Origin: Desulfatiglandales bacterium
GTDB taxonomy: Bacteria > Desulfobacterota > DSM-4660 > Desulfatiglandales > HGW-15
Assembly: GCA_963667015.2 (NCBI GenBank)
Contig: CAXXJJ010000003.1
Span: 96,001-160,000 of the forward strand
Direction: 5' to 3'
DNA length: 64,000 nucleotides
The position numbers and the translations under genes were made by a program. A model generated the notes under the pieces. The model was not told the DNA's origin and did not search any database. It saw only the letters and a program-made list of their open reading frames with translations. Of this stretch, positions 18,247 through 27,521 are shown piece after piece (the stretch's first letter is position 1; every line of letters starts with the position of its first letter).

Positions 18247-19538
18247 TAAAATCAGGAAATATAAGACTGTTTTTGGTAATTTATTTTATATTTGTGCTGA
18301 CAGTATCAGCGGTGTCAAAAGTGTACGCAGAAGAGGAAAACGATAATCCGGTTATAAAAATATTATCGCAGGTTGAGTTAAACGGATTTTTGGAGGCCAG
18401 GGGCGGTTATCGTACACAGGAAGATCCCTGTGAAAAAGATAAGTCAGTAATGGAGGCCAGGCTTCAGGCAGAGCTATACGCATATACGGACCGGGTCGAA
18501 TTCAAGTATAAAGGGGATGTGTGGGCGGACGGAATAACTGAAAGGGGTGAATACGATACCAGGGAGGCCTGGATGTTTTTAAGACCCACCGATTATATGG
18601 ATATCAAGATAGGCAGGCAGGTCCTTACCTGGGGCACAGGAGACCTGGTCTTTTTGAATGACCTGTTTCCCAAGGACTGGCAGTCCTACTTTATCGGCAG
18701 GGACAAGGAATACCTGAAAGCGCCCTCCGACGCATTTAAGGCAAGTTTTTTCATGGATATTGCTAATATTGATCTTGTTTACACGCCGAAGTTTGATCAG
18801 GATCGTTATACAACAGGGGAGTATGTTTCTCACTGGAATGGTAATGAAAAAAGATTGACAGGCCGGGACATGATCGATGTCCCGGACAGGCCTGATGAAT
18901 GGTTTAAGGATGACGAAATATCCCTTCGGATTTACAGAAATATTAAAAATTATGAACTGGCCCTGTACGGATACTTTGGTTACTGGAAGAGGCCCGGAGG
19001 GCAGGATGATCTGGGAAAATCCATATTCCCGGAACTTAACGTATATGGAGCCAGCGTACGGGGACAGGCAGGCCGCGGCATTGGGAATATTGAAATTGCC
19101 TGGTACCGGTCTCTTGATGATAAAAGCGGCTCCGATCCTATGATTGATAATTCGGAAATACGATGTGTCATAGGTTATACACAGGATGTTGCAATGGATT
19201 TTAATGCAAGCCTCCAGTATTATGTCGAGTATATGCTGGACTATGATGAATACAGGGCCGGCCTGGGCGATGGTCCGGCCCGTGACGAGGACAGGCATGT
19301 TATAACGCTACAGTTGACAAAACTTATGATGAACCAGAACCTGGAACTCTCCCTCTCTTCCTATTATTCACCCAGCGATCGGGATGCCTATCTTCGTCCT
19401 TTAATTCATTACAAGTATACGGATAAAGTAACATTGGAGACAGGTGCAAATATCTTTTTCGGAGAAGGGTGTCATACGTTCTTTTCCCAGCTTGAGAACA
19501 ATACAAATATATACGGGGCTGTAAGATACAGCTTTTAA
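18243..19538 (+). CDS. Outer-membrane beta-barrel protein (DUF1302-like)
   Basis: Signal peptide, IKIGRQVLTWG, C-terminal YSF. Confidence 0.7.
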   Translation: MIKSGNIRLFLVIYFIFVLTVSAVSKVYAEEENDNPVIKILSQVELNGFLEARGGYRTQEDPCEKDKSVMEARLQAELYAYTDRVEFKYKGDVWADGITERGEYDTREAWMFLRPTDYMDIKIGRQVLTWGTGDLVFLNDLFPKDWQSYFIGRDKEYLKAPSDAFKASFFMDIANIDLVYTPKFDQDRYTTGEYVSHWNGNEKRLTGRDMIDVPDRPDEWFKDDEISLRIYRNIKNYELALYGYFGYWKRPGGQDDLGKSIFPELNVYGASVRGQAGRGIGNIEIAWYRSLDDKSGSDPMIDNSEIRCVIGYTQDVAMDFNASLQYYVEYMLDYDEYRAGLGDGPARDEDRHVITLQLTKLMMNQNLELSLSSYYSPSDRDAYLRPLIHYKYTDKVTLETGANIFFGEGCHTFFSQLENNTNIYGAVRYSF

Positions 19539-19553
19539 TGAGGGATAAGAAAT

Positions 19554-20165
19554 ATGAACAATAAAAAAATACCCCGAAGAGGATGTGACGGAGATAGAAA
19601 AAGCAACAGGCGCGGACCAAGCAGTTTCCTGATGCATGATCCCGAAAAGGTGTTTAATGCCCTGGCCCTTGAGCCGGGGGATTGTTTCCTGGACATGGGA
19701 AGCGGGCCGGGAGACTATTCCCTGAGGGCTTCCGAAATAGTAGGGGACTCAGGGACGGTATTTGCTGTTGAAAGAGACGGCATAATTATCGGAGGATTGG
19801 AGGAAACGATCCGGGAAAAAAGGATTTCCAATATCAGGACAATCAATGCAGACATCACACAACCGTTGCCGATCTCCGATAACAGCATAGACCTGTGTCT
19901 GATGTCCACTATATTGCATATCCCTCATGTCTTAAAAAATGTATCTCCTATACTTAATGAGGTGTGCAGGCTTTTAAAACCGGGGAAACGTTTTGCAGTT
20001 ATTGAATGTAAAAAGGAAGATGTGCCCTTCGGTCCGCCTGTAGACATGAGATTATCTCCCGATGATATCGGGAATTTGATAAAAGAATATGATTTTATAA
20101 AATCGGATGAACTGGATCTGGGGTATAACTACATGGTTCAGTTTATCTTCAAACCGAACGGATAA
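19554..20165 (+). CDS. Class I SAM-dependent methyltransferase
   Basis: FLDMGSGPG, RLLKPG, PFGPP. Confidence 0.85.
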   Translation: MNNKKIPRRGCDGDRKSNRRGPSSFLMHDPEKVFNALALEPGDCFLDMGSGPGDYSLRASEIVGDSGTVFAVERDGIIIGGLEETIREKRISNIRTINADITQPLPISDNSIDLCLMSTILHIPHVLKNVSPILNEVCRLLKPGKRFAVIECKKEDVPFGPPVDMRLSPDDIGNLIKEYDFIKSDELDLGYNYMVQFIFKPNG

Positions 20166-20171
20166 AAAAAT

Positions 20172-21185
20172 ATGATTAGGCGCATCAATATAAAAGAAGC
20201 GGATAAAATTTCCATGTATCCTGGATACAGCGGGAAATATCCGCCGGGAGAGGTGGATATAACCCACAATGAGGAAAATGGTGAATCGATTTTTGAAAAT
20301 ATCACTATACGGCCGGGTATCAAGATGATCATCGCCAACCGGGTGTGCCGTAAAAACCTTCAGATGGATTTTGAAATTTACAACGCGCCGGTGAGTTTTT
20401 GCTACGGTTTATCCCAGCATATCCGCTATACCGTGAACAATGGATTCGGCAGAAAAAAGGTAATGGAAAGACTGCCCGGAGAAAGTGTGCTTTCGTATCT
20501 CCCGAAAACAATGGGAGCCGCCCGGATAACACCGGATAGAAAGATCGAAGGAGTCTCCATCCATTTTAATGTGCATACTTTTAATGAACTGTTTGGTGAA
20601 ATCCCCGGATGCCTGAAGGATCTTTTTACGGGCTATGGTGATTCAGGGAACAAACGCTTTTATTATCAGTCACGGTTTAACAGCGAAACCTTTTTTGTGC
20701 TCAAGCAGGTTTTGGAATGCCCTTATAAAGGTGAAACCCGGAGGCTATTCTATGAAGCCAAATCCCTGGAACTTGTAGCGCTCAAACTTGCCGAACTGGG
20801 ACAAAAAAAACATATGGAGTCATCCGAGTTGAGCTGCAAGGACCTGGCACGGGCAAGAGAGGCATATAATATCCTGCTGACAAATCTTGATCATCCTCCC
20901 AGCCTGATAGATTTAAGCCGACTTGTGGGAACAAACCGCAACAAATTAAACCATGGTTTTAAGAAAGTATATGGTGATACGGCATTCAACGTACTGCGTC
21001 ATGCCAGAATGTCAAGGGCATGGTCACTTTTGGAAAAAACGGATATGAGTCTGGCAGAAGTCGCTTTTTCGGTCGGATATAATAATCAGGCAAATTTTAC
21101 CACAGCATTTCGAAGGCAATTCGGAAAAACTCCCAAAACTGTTCGCCGCAGTATTGCTTTCGATCCCTTTCCACCCAAAATATAA
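20172..21185 (+). CDS. AraC-family regulator, PchR-like
   Basis: LFYEAKSLEL, PPSLIDLSRLVG, EVAFSVGYNNQANFTTAFRRQFG. Confidence 0.9.
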   Translation: MIRRINIKEADKISMYPGYSGKYPPGEVDITHNEENGESIFENITIRPGIKMIIANRVCRKNLQMDFEIYNAPVSFCYGLSQHIRYTVNNGFGRKKVMERLPGESVLSYLPKTMGAARITPDRKIEGVSIHFNVHTFNELFGEIPGCLKDLFTGYGDSGNKRFYYQSRFNSETFFVLKQVLECPYKGETRRLFYEAKSLELVALKLAELGQKKHMESSELSCKDLARAREAYNILLTNLDHPPSLIDLSRLVGTNRNKLNHGFKKVYGDTAFNVLRHARMSRAWSLLEKTDMSLAEVAFSVGYNNQANFTTAFRRQFGKTPKTVRRSIAFDPFPPKI

Positions 21186-21235
21186 TCTGATTGCAGATTC
21201 CTATCAGTCCGGGCTCAAATTAATGAAAAAAATGC

Positions 21236-21265
21236 TTGCCAATATACCGATCGGTAGGTATATTG
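21236..21265 (+). promoter_or_regulatory. tetR promoter/operator
   Basis: TTGCCA-17-TATATT; palindrome TACCGATCGGTA 21245-21256; CAATATACC/GGTATATTG inverted repeat. Confidence 0.7.
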
Positions 21266-21271
21266 ACGGTC

Positions 21272-21838
21272 ATGGAATTAACAACAAAAGATAGAATCAT
21301 GCAGGAATCTCTCTGCCTTTTCTCACAATATGGCTACGATTCCGTGGGTGTCAGCAAAATAGTCAGGACGTGCGGTATTACCAAGCCGACACTCTATTAT
21401 TATTTCGGGAGCAAGGAAGGCCTGCTCAAATGCATTATTGAACACAATGCAGGGAAACTGCGGTGTCGTCTGCTGGAATCCTATAGTACTGATGACCCTT
21501 TTGTTGCCAAACTTGTTTCGATTGCAGATGCATACCTTGAATTCACCTCGGAGCATGTGGAATTCATCAGGCTGTTCCTGTCCCTGGTATTTACTCCGCA
21601 TTCAAACAAAGCCTACGGTATAGTTAAAACCGAAGCAGAGCTTATTCAAAAGACCATCGAGTCGTTATTTATAATTGATGATAATTTCAGGCATAAGAAG
21701 GATTTGCTTGCAGCATCTTTTGTAGGGCAGCTCAATATGTTCGCAACCCTGATTCTTAATGGGTATACAAGGTATGACAGGGAACTTGCAAAAACAATAG
21801 TAACGATTTTTCTCAATGGAGCGGGGAGTATCCTGTAA
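21272..21838 (+). CDS. TetR/AcrR-family regulator
   Basis: LFSQYGYDSVGVSKIVRTCGITKPTLYYYFGSKEGL. Confidence 0.9.
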   Translation: MELTTKDRIMQESLCLFSQYGYDSVGVSKIVRTCGITKPTLYYYFGSKEGLLKCIIEHNAGKLRCRLLESYSTDDPFVAKLVSIADAYLEFTSEHVEFIRLFLSLVFTPHSNKAYGIVKTEAELIQKTIESLFIIDDNFRHKKDLLAASFVGQLNMFATLILNGYTRYDRELAKTIVTIFLNGAGSIL

Positions 21839-22935
21839 TGAACAGCAGAAGACTGGTTCATGTCGATTATCTCAGGAGTTTTATTATATTACTGGTTGCA
21901 GTCTTTCACATATCGGTTACCTTTATGGACAGGGCGCCCATATGGTGGTATGTAAAGAGCCCCGACTCAAGTATCCTCTTCACACTTCTTGTAATAATTC
22001 TCGATACCTTCATGATGCCTTTGATGTTTTTTATTGCAGGCTTTGTGCTCCTTTTCCAATTGAAAAAGGTCAGCGTATCAACATACATTTTTAAAAGGCT
22101 GAAACGGCTTGGAGTTCCCTGGATATGCTGCACATTGTTGTTCTCGCCATACCTCTCTTTTTTGATTGCACATGAAACAGGTAATGATATTCCATACATA
22201 AGTATGGTGACCCATTATTTCTGGACAGATTACTATTCCCAGGGCCCGTACTGGTTTCTGGGGATACTTCTGTCATTTACCCTGCTGGTGTTGCTTGTCC
22301 GGCGGATTTTTGACAACAGGTTTTCTTTGGAGAATGTATCCGCCGGAACAATCTGGTTCATGGTTTTTATAATGTCTTTTGCGGGATATTCAATCGGTTC
22401 GTATTTTACAGGGGCGGATGAATGGCTTAATCCGCTTTATATATGGTCGTTTCAGCCGTCACGAATAGTGACTTATTTCAGCTTTTTTATTGCCGGTTAT
22501 TTATTATCCTTAAAAGAATGGAAATTTTCCATTCACAGCGCCGGATGGGCAATAACTGCACTTGTGACGGCCGCGGGATTTGTTGTTATGAAAGGCAGGG
22601 TGGAAGAGACACAGAGTCCTGCATCATTCCTGATTCTGGGATTTTTCTATGCCGGACTGACCCTGTCGCTTTCACTCTTTTTTTTAGGGTTCTTTAAAAC
22701 CGTATTCAATAAATCCTCTTCGATATTGACCTTTATAACACGGCATTCGTTTACCGTTTATCTGGTTCACTTGCCGATAGAGGCATGGATTGCCGACAGG
22801 ATACTTGCTGTTCCGGCAGGCATCTGTTTACGATGGTTTCTTCTGCTGACTGTTGTGCTTGTTTCTTCAACAGCCGTTTCAATGCTTATACAAACAGTGT
22901 CACATAAGGTAAAACCATTTATAAATAGCGGATAA
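21838..22935 (+). CDS. Acyltransferase-3 (OpgC/MdoC-like) membrane protein
   Basis: DYLRSF..VFH, FMMPLMFFIAG, KRLKRLGVP, YWFL, YLVH. Confidence 0.85.
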   Translation: MNSRRLVHVDYLRSFIILLVAVFHISVTFMDRAPIWWYVKSPDSSILFTLLVIILDTFMMPLMFFIAGFVLLFQLKKVSVSTYIFKRLKRLGVPWICCTLLFSPYLSFLIAHETGNDIPYISMVTHYFWTDYYSQGPYWFLGILLSFTLLVLLVRRIFDNRFSLENVSAGTIWFMVFIMSFAGYSIGSYFTGADEWLNPLYIWSFQPSRIVTYFSFFIAGYLLSLKEWKFSIHSAGWAITALVTAAGFVVMKGRVEETQSPASFLILGFFYAGLTLSLSLFFLGFFKTVFNKSSSILTFITRHSFTVYLVHLPIEAWIADRILAVPAGICLRWFLLLTVVLVSSTAVSMLIQTVSHKVKPFINSG

Positions 22936-25900
22936 ATGCATCCAGCTTTGTTTGATCGCTGCCGCTCCTGTTTCCGTCAAAAGTGAGATTGAGAACGGGG
23001 TTTTTGTCAGTAATTCCCCTGTTCAATATATCAAGCGAAATTCCGGTATTTTCATAAGTGGATGATACTGTGATAATGCCGTGTATATCCGGAGAGTTGC
23101 AAAGGGCCTTGGCAGCCCGGTATCTTCCGTTTGCACCGGCATAGTATCCTACTGTTTTATCCGCCCTGGAAAAAAGATCATTCAAGTCATTTTCAAACGG
23201 GCTTTGAACCGACAGACAATCATTGATTGCCTTAATGTTTTTTCCAAAATCATCCAGTCTTTTTTGTGCGGCAGGTTTGTCCTCTTTATTGTTTTGCTGT
23301 AAAAAATCTTTCCATACCATCCACATACATTCGCTGAGCGGGCTGTAAAGGATTTTGTGTCCTTTTTCCTCAATGGCATTTGCAAGGGAGGCGCTTAAAA
23401 AATTATTATACACAATCCATGGTTCTCCGATAACCATGATTCTTTTTTTATTTTTTTCAAACCCCTGTTCAATGGAAATCTGCTTTGCCATCTCCTGCAA
23501 ATACCCTATACCCAATTCCCGGGTTTCAATAATCCTAATCAGGTTATCCAGATAACCGTTTTGGTTTTTTCCATCTGCATTTCTTATGATATCCCCTGCA
23601 ATGAGCCCCAGGCAAATCATTTGCGCATCTCTGAAAAACAGAGTGTCCTCTATGAACGGAGAAAAAATATCCACATCCCTTAATCCTTCCTGGTCCAGCT
23701 TTGTTCTCACCATGCGTGCATACTGGCCATCCACTTCCGCACCTTCTGTCTGGGGAATAAAAAATGAAATGCTGTTGTCCGGCTCATTATTATTTTCAAG
23801 TGATTTAAAGACATCTCCCAGCAGGACTGCCAGGGACAGGTATTCATTTGTCAGGGTATGCCTCCTGCCCGTATCGACGGAAGAAGGCGTGGAAGCCTGC
23901 ATTACTTCGGCTTTAAAACCTTTGTTGACTAACATCCCGGCAAAAATATCCGAATAGGGGTAGAGGTTTGGCAGGTATAACATCCTGCTTTTTTTCAATT
24001 CGTGAATATCGGTTGTTATTTTCACAGGCCTGTAAGAGACTTCTTCCAGGCATCCGGGAGACCTTTCAAATTTCAAACATCCGAGTTCCGCACTCTTTTT
24101 AGTCGGCATCTTGTCAAGACAGTTTAAAAAAGCTTCGATTCTGGTAACAACGCCGACACAGGAGGAATGCTCATCCACCTCGATATTCAGATACGGTTTT
24201 CCAGCCATTATCTCGTTAAAGAAGTGTGATGTAACCGAATCAGGTCCGCAACCGTGATGGCTTAAAAAAATCCCGTAGAAATTCAAATTCCGTTTAATCA
24301 GCCTGCCGGTTTCAAGGATATGTTTACTGAAAGGCCAGTACATATTGGGGTGTGTTTTGGATATATCCAGTTCCGGAAGGCTGCACAACGGAAAAACTTT
24401 ATAACCTTTATCAATCAACATATCCGGAATACCCAGATTCAGTAAAGGATCAGCAACCCCGTATATTTTGGAAACAATGAAAATCACTTTTTCATCGGGA
24501 CCTATATCCCTGAGCATTTTTGTTGTGTTTTTCTCCATTCTTTTTTCAAAATCAAGAAAGGATTTCATACCCTTTTGAAATGCAGAAAGAGTCTGATCCT
24601 TTGTTTTACCGAGTTGTTTTCCAAGTTGTAAAAAGCTTTTCATCATAAAATCTTTACCCAGGCTGAATGCAATTGTCGGGGCAAGTAATTCTATGCCTTT
24701 GTTTTTTAAATCCATGGCCCGGCTGACCAGTTTAAATGCCAGCTGCATATAGGCGCATCCGAAATCCTTGCGGGTATGGGATCCGGGGTGCATGACAGTA
24801 TAAAGGTCGGGGAAAAATATATAGTCCACTTTTTTTTCAACGAGCTCGGCAACATGGCCGTTGATAAGCTTTACTGGATAACAGGTTTCATCAAGGGAAT
24901 ACTCCTGCCCCAGACGAATCGTGTTTTCATTACTGGGATCGGATAAAATTACATTTAATCCAAGATCTTTAAAAATTTCGTGAAACATGGGAAACATGCC
25001 ATAGGTAAACAAGGTTCTGGGAATACCCACTGTTTTTTTATTGCGGTCTATCAAACCTTCGTACCCGTCAAATATCATCGACTGTATTTTCGTGTTGAAT
25101 CGGCCTGCCGTTGTGCTTTTATACCCTGATTTTTCCGGCCTGAAGGTCTCCATTTCATTTACCTGAATATCGAAACCTTTAAACGCTGATTGTTTTGTTT
25201 TCATTTCTTCTTTAGCAAGGATCGCAACCCCGTAAGCACCTGTTATACTGAAAAACCGGGGTACATGAATCTGTTTTTCGGTCATTGCCCGGAAGGCATT
25301 TACGACACCCTGGTTGTAGGCCACTGCCCCCTGAAAGAAGATTTTATTACCGATCTTTTTTCCTCCTACCACGCGGTTGAGGTAATTTTTTACAATGGAA
25401 TAGGAAAGGCCTGCCGCGATATCATCCATTTCGGCTCCATCAGACAAGCATGCAGCGATACTTGATTCCATAAAAACCGTACACCGTTCTCCCAGGTTTA
25501 CGGGATTTTTGCCGGCAAGGGCGATATTGCCGAAGTCATTTACAGGGATGTTAAATTTTGCGGCCTGTTCTTCAATAAAGGACCCTGTACCCGCAGCACA
25601 TATTTTATTCATCTGAAAGTCAGTTACGTTTCCGTCTTTAAGACTTATATATTTGGAGTCCTGTCCTCCGATTTCAAATATCGTATCCACTTCACTGTCG
25701 ATAGTAACTGCGGCCTTTGCCTGGCTGGTTATTTCATCCTTGATTACATCAGCGCCGACAAGCCGTCCTGTCATATGCCGTCCGGAGCCTGTTACTCCCG
25801 CTCCGATAATCTTTATTCTTTCGGCCGCCTCGTCCCTGATTTCCCCTAAGCCCTTTATAACCGCTTTAACAGGATTTCCCATGGTCCTGAGATATTTAAA

Positions 25901-26935
25901 ACAGACAATCCGGTTATCACGATCAACAAGCGCCAGATTGGTGCTTGTCGATCCCACGTCAATCCCCAGATAACATTCCCGGAGGGTATTGTTATCATGC
26001 TCCAAAGGATCACGGATATGTTTATCCAGGCCGTCATTTTCTCCATAGGTTAACAATGGCGGCAGTTTAAAACTGTAGTCATAATCCCGGAAAAACGTAT
26101 CCCTTTGTTCACAGAGGTCCAGAATACGCTGAATGTTGATCCTGTTTTTTTCTTTGTTTGCTGTTACTGCGGCCCCTAAAGCGCCGATACAGGAAAAATG
26201 ATCGGGAATAATTAACTCCTGCCTGCCGAGATTCAGTTCCTTTTTTAGAACATCAATAATCGTCCGGTTGTACGCCACACCTCCTGCAAACAAAACGGGT
26301 TTTTGAATCGGCTGCCTTTTTATGACTGCAACACGATAGTTTTTGACCATAGCATGGGCGAGACCAAGTAAAATATCCTCGACCGGGACACCCTCCTGCT
26401 GATGATGAATGATGTCCGTTTTAGCAAACACACTGCATCGTCCTGCTATACGCGGTATGGATTTTCCTTTGTCGGCATAAAGGGAGTAGTCTTCCGGTTT
26501 CAGGTTCAAGCGGGACATCTGTTCTTCCAGAAATGAACCGGTTCCGGCAGAACAGCTCGAATTAATGGAGATGCTTATACGTGATTTATCTTCCGAATTA
26601 AGGTTTGTTATGTATTTGGCGCTTTGTCCGCCGATCTCAATAATTGAAGCTGCATTGGGCGCCAGATAAGCCGCCCCCTCTATAATGGCTGTTACTTCAT
26701 TGGTGAAATTGTTTTGCTCATTTCCGTCTATAAATTTGGAGCTGCTTCCTGTAAACATTCCATAGAATATTTCTGCCTGTTTATAATCGGCCGGCAGTTC
26801 ATTGATTATTGCAGTAAGCACCTGTTTTATTTCTCCGTGATGCAGCCTGTACATATCTTTTATTATTTTGTTGTTTTGATCAACCAGTACAACACTGATG
26901 GATGAATATCCGATATCAATTCCCAAACTATACAT
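22919..26935 (-). CDS. 2-hydroxyacyl-CoA dehydratase activator-like protein (two BadF/BadG/BcrA/BcrD ATPase domains + DUF2229-like region)
   Basis: GIDIG, EIGGQ..CSAGTG..RCSVFA and GIDVGSTST..EIGGQDSK..CAAGTG..RCTVF; HGCGPD, IEVDEH. Confidence 0.88.
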   Translation of the reverse strand: MYSLGIDIGYSSISVVLVDQNNKIIKDMYRLHHGEIKQVLTAIINELPADYKQAEIFYGMFTGSSSKFIDGNEQNNFTNEVTAIIEGAAYLAPNAASIIEIGGQSAKYITNLNSEDKSRISISINSSCSAGTGSFLEEQMSRLNLKPEDYSLYADKGKSIPRIAGRCSVFAKTDIIHHQQEGVPVEDILLGLAHAMVKNYRVAVIKRQPIQKPVLFAGGVAYNRTIIDVLKKELNLGRQELIIPDHFSCIGALGAAVTANKEKNRINIQRILDLCEQRDTFFRDYDYSFKLPPLLTYGENDGLDKHIRDPLEHDNNTLRECYLGIDVGSTSTNLALVDRDNRIVCFKYLRTMGNPVKAVIKGLGEIRDEAAERIKIIGAGVTGSGRHMTGRLVGADVIKDEITSQAKAAVTIDSEVDTIFEIGGQDSKYISLKDGNVTDFQMNKICAAGTGSFIEEQAAKFNIPVNDFGNIALAGKNPVNLGERCTVFMESSIAACLSDGAEMDDIAAGLSYSIVKNYLNRVVGGKKIGNKIFFQGAVAYNQGVVNAFRAMTEKQIHVPRFFSITGAYGVAILAKEEMKTKQSAFKGFDIQVNEMETFRPEKSGYKSTTAGRFNTKIQSMIFDGYEGLIDRNKKTVGIPRTLFTYGMFPMFHEIFKDLGLNVILSDPSNENTIRLGQEYSLDETCYPVKLINGHVAELVEKKVDYIFFPDLYTVMHPGSHTRKDFGCAYMQLAFKLVSRAMDLKNKGIELLAPTIAFSLGKDFMMKSFLQLGKQLGKTKDQTLSAFQKGMKSFLDFEKRMEKNTTKMLRDIGPDEKVIFIVSKIYGVADPLLNLGIPDMLIDKGYKVFPLCSLPELDISKTHPNMYWPFSKHILETGRLIKRNLNFYGIFLSHHGCGPDSVTSHFFNEIMAGKPYLNIEVDEHSSCVGVVTRIEAFLNCLDKMPTKKSAELGCLKFERSPGCLEEVSYRPVKITTDIHELKKSRMLYLPNLYPYSDIFAGMLVNKGFKAEVMQASTPSSVDTGRRHTLTNEYLSLAVLLGDVFKSLENNNEPDNSISFFIPQTEGAEVDGQYARMVRTKLDQEGLRDVDIFSPFIEDTLFFRDAQMICLGLIAGDIIRNADGKNQNGYLDNLIRIIETRELGIGYLQEMAKQISIEQGFEKNKKRIMVIGEPWIVYNNFLSASLANAIEEKGHKILYSPLSECMWMVWKDFLQQNNKEDKPAAQKRLDDFGKNIKAINDCLSVQSPFENDLNDLFSRADKTVGYYAGANGRYRAAKALCNSPDIHGIITVSSTYENTGISLDILNRGITDKNPVLNLTFDGNRSGSDQTKLDAFIRYL

Positions 26936-27301
26936 TTTTGTTCTCCAATAAAATTGCTTTCATGTTACTGATTCACATTGCCAATGGTAGTAAAGGTTAG
27001 CGATTTGACAGGATTTTGTCTTATGAGGGGTGCATTTTTATTTATGCTTAAGGCAATCGTTGCCTGATTATTACTTAGTGGCTGTCCATTAAGATGGCAT
27101 CCGGATTAAAATATCAGCTTGTGCCGCAATCATAAAAAATAATGCATATATCAAAAGACATGAAACTAAAGGTAATGCTATCAAGGGCCGCACTGTCTGC
27201 AGTGATGTTCCGGGCTGTAAAATACATAAACGTACATTCCTGACAGATATCAAAAAAATAATCGGCCGAAGCCGCTTGTGCATGTCTTTGAAAAGGCAAG
27301 T

Positions 27302-27386
27302 TGAGACCTTTGTATAACCGGATGAATATTATGATCTGCTTTTTAAATTAAAAAACATATATTAAAGAAACTGTGCAAAGGTCTCA
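27302..27386. repeat. Inverted repeat bounding an AT-rich 85-bp segment (possible MITE remnant)
   Basis: TGAGACCTTTG 27302-27312 / CAAAGGTCTCA 27376-27386. Confidence 0.45.
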
Positions 27387-27445
27387 TAACCTGATTAATT
27401 AAAAATGGGCCGCCCATGTTTTAGATGGCAGCCCGGATATAACAT

Positions 27446-27504
27446 AAAAAAAGCCATGAAGGTTTATCTCCCCCTGAAGGGAACATACCGTCATGGCTTT
27501 TTTT
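27446..27504 (+). terminator. Terminator-like hairpin in leader of TonB receptor operon
   Basis: A7-GCCATGA...TCATGGC-T7 directly before AGGAG RBS. Confidence 0.55.
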
Positions 27505-27521
27505 ATGAAAGGAGCACTGAA

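Noticed and set aside
27368..27445. Partial NiCo-riboswitch-like words (AACTGTGCA, GGGCCG..TGGCAGC), or a cobalamin riboswitch given the operon type
   Set aside because: No closing 3' NiCo strand and no B12-box elements visible; needs cmscan
27405..27521. N-terminal extension of the receptor ORF in the track
   Set aside because: Runs through leader hairpins; SD and signal peptide fit ATG 27522
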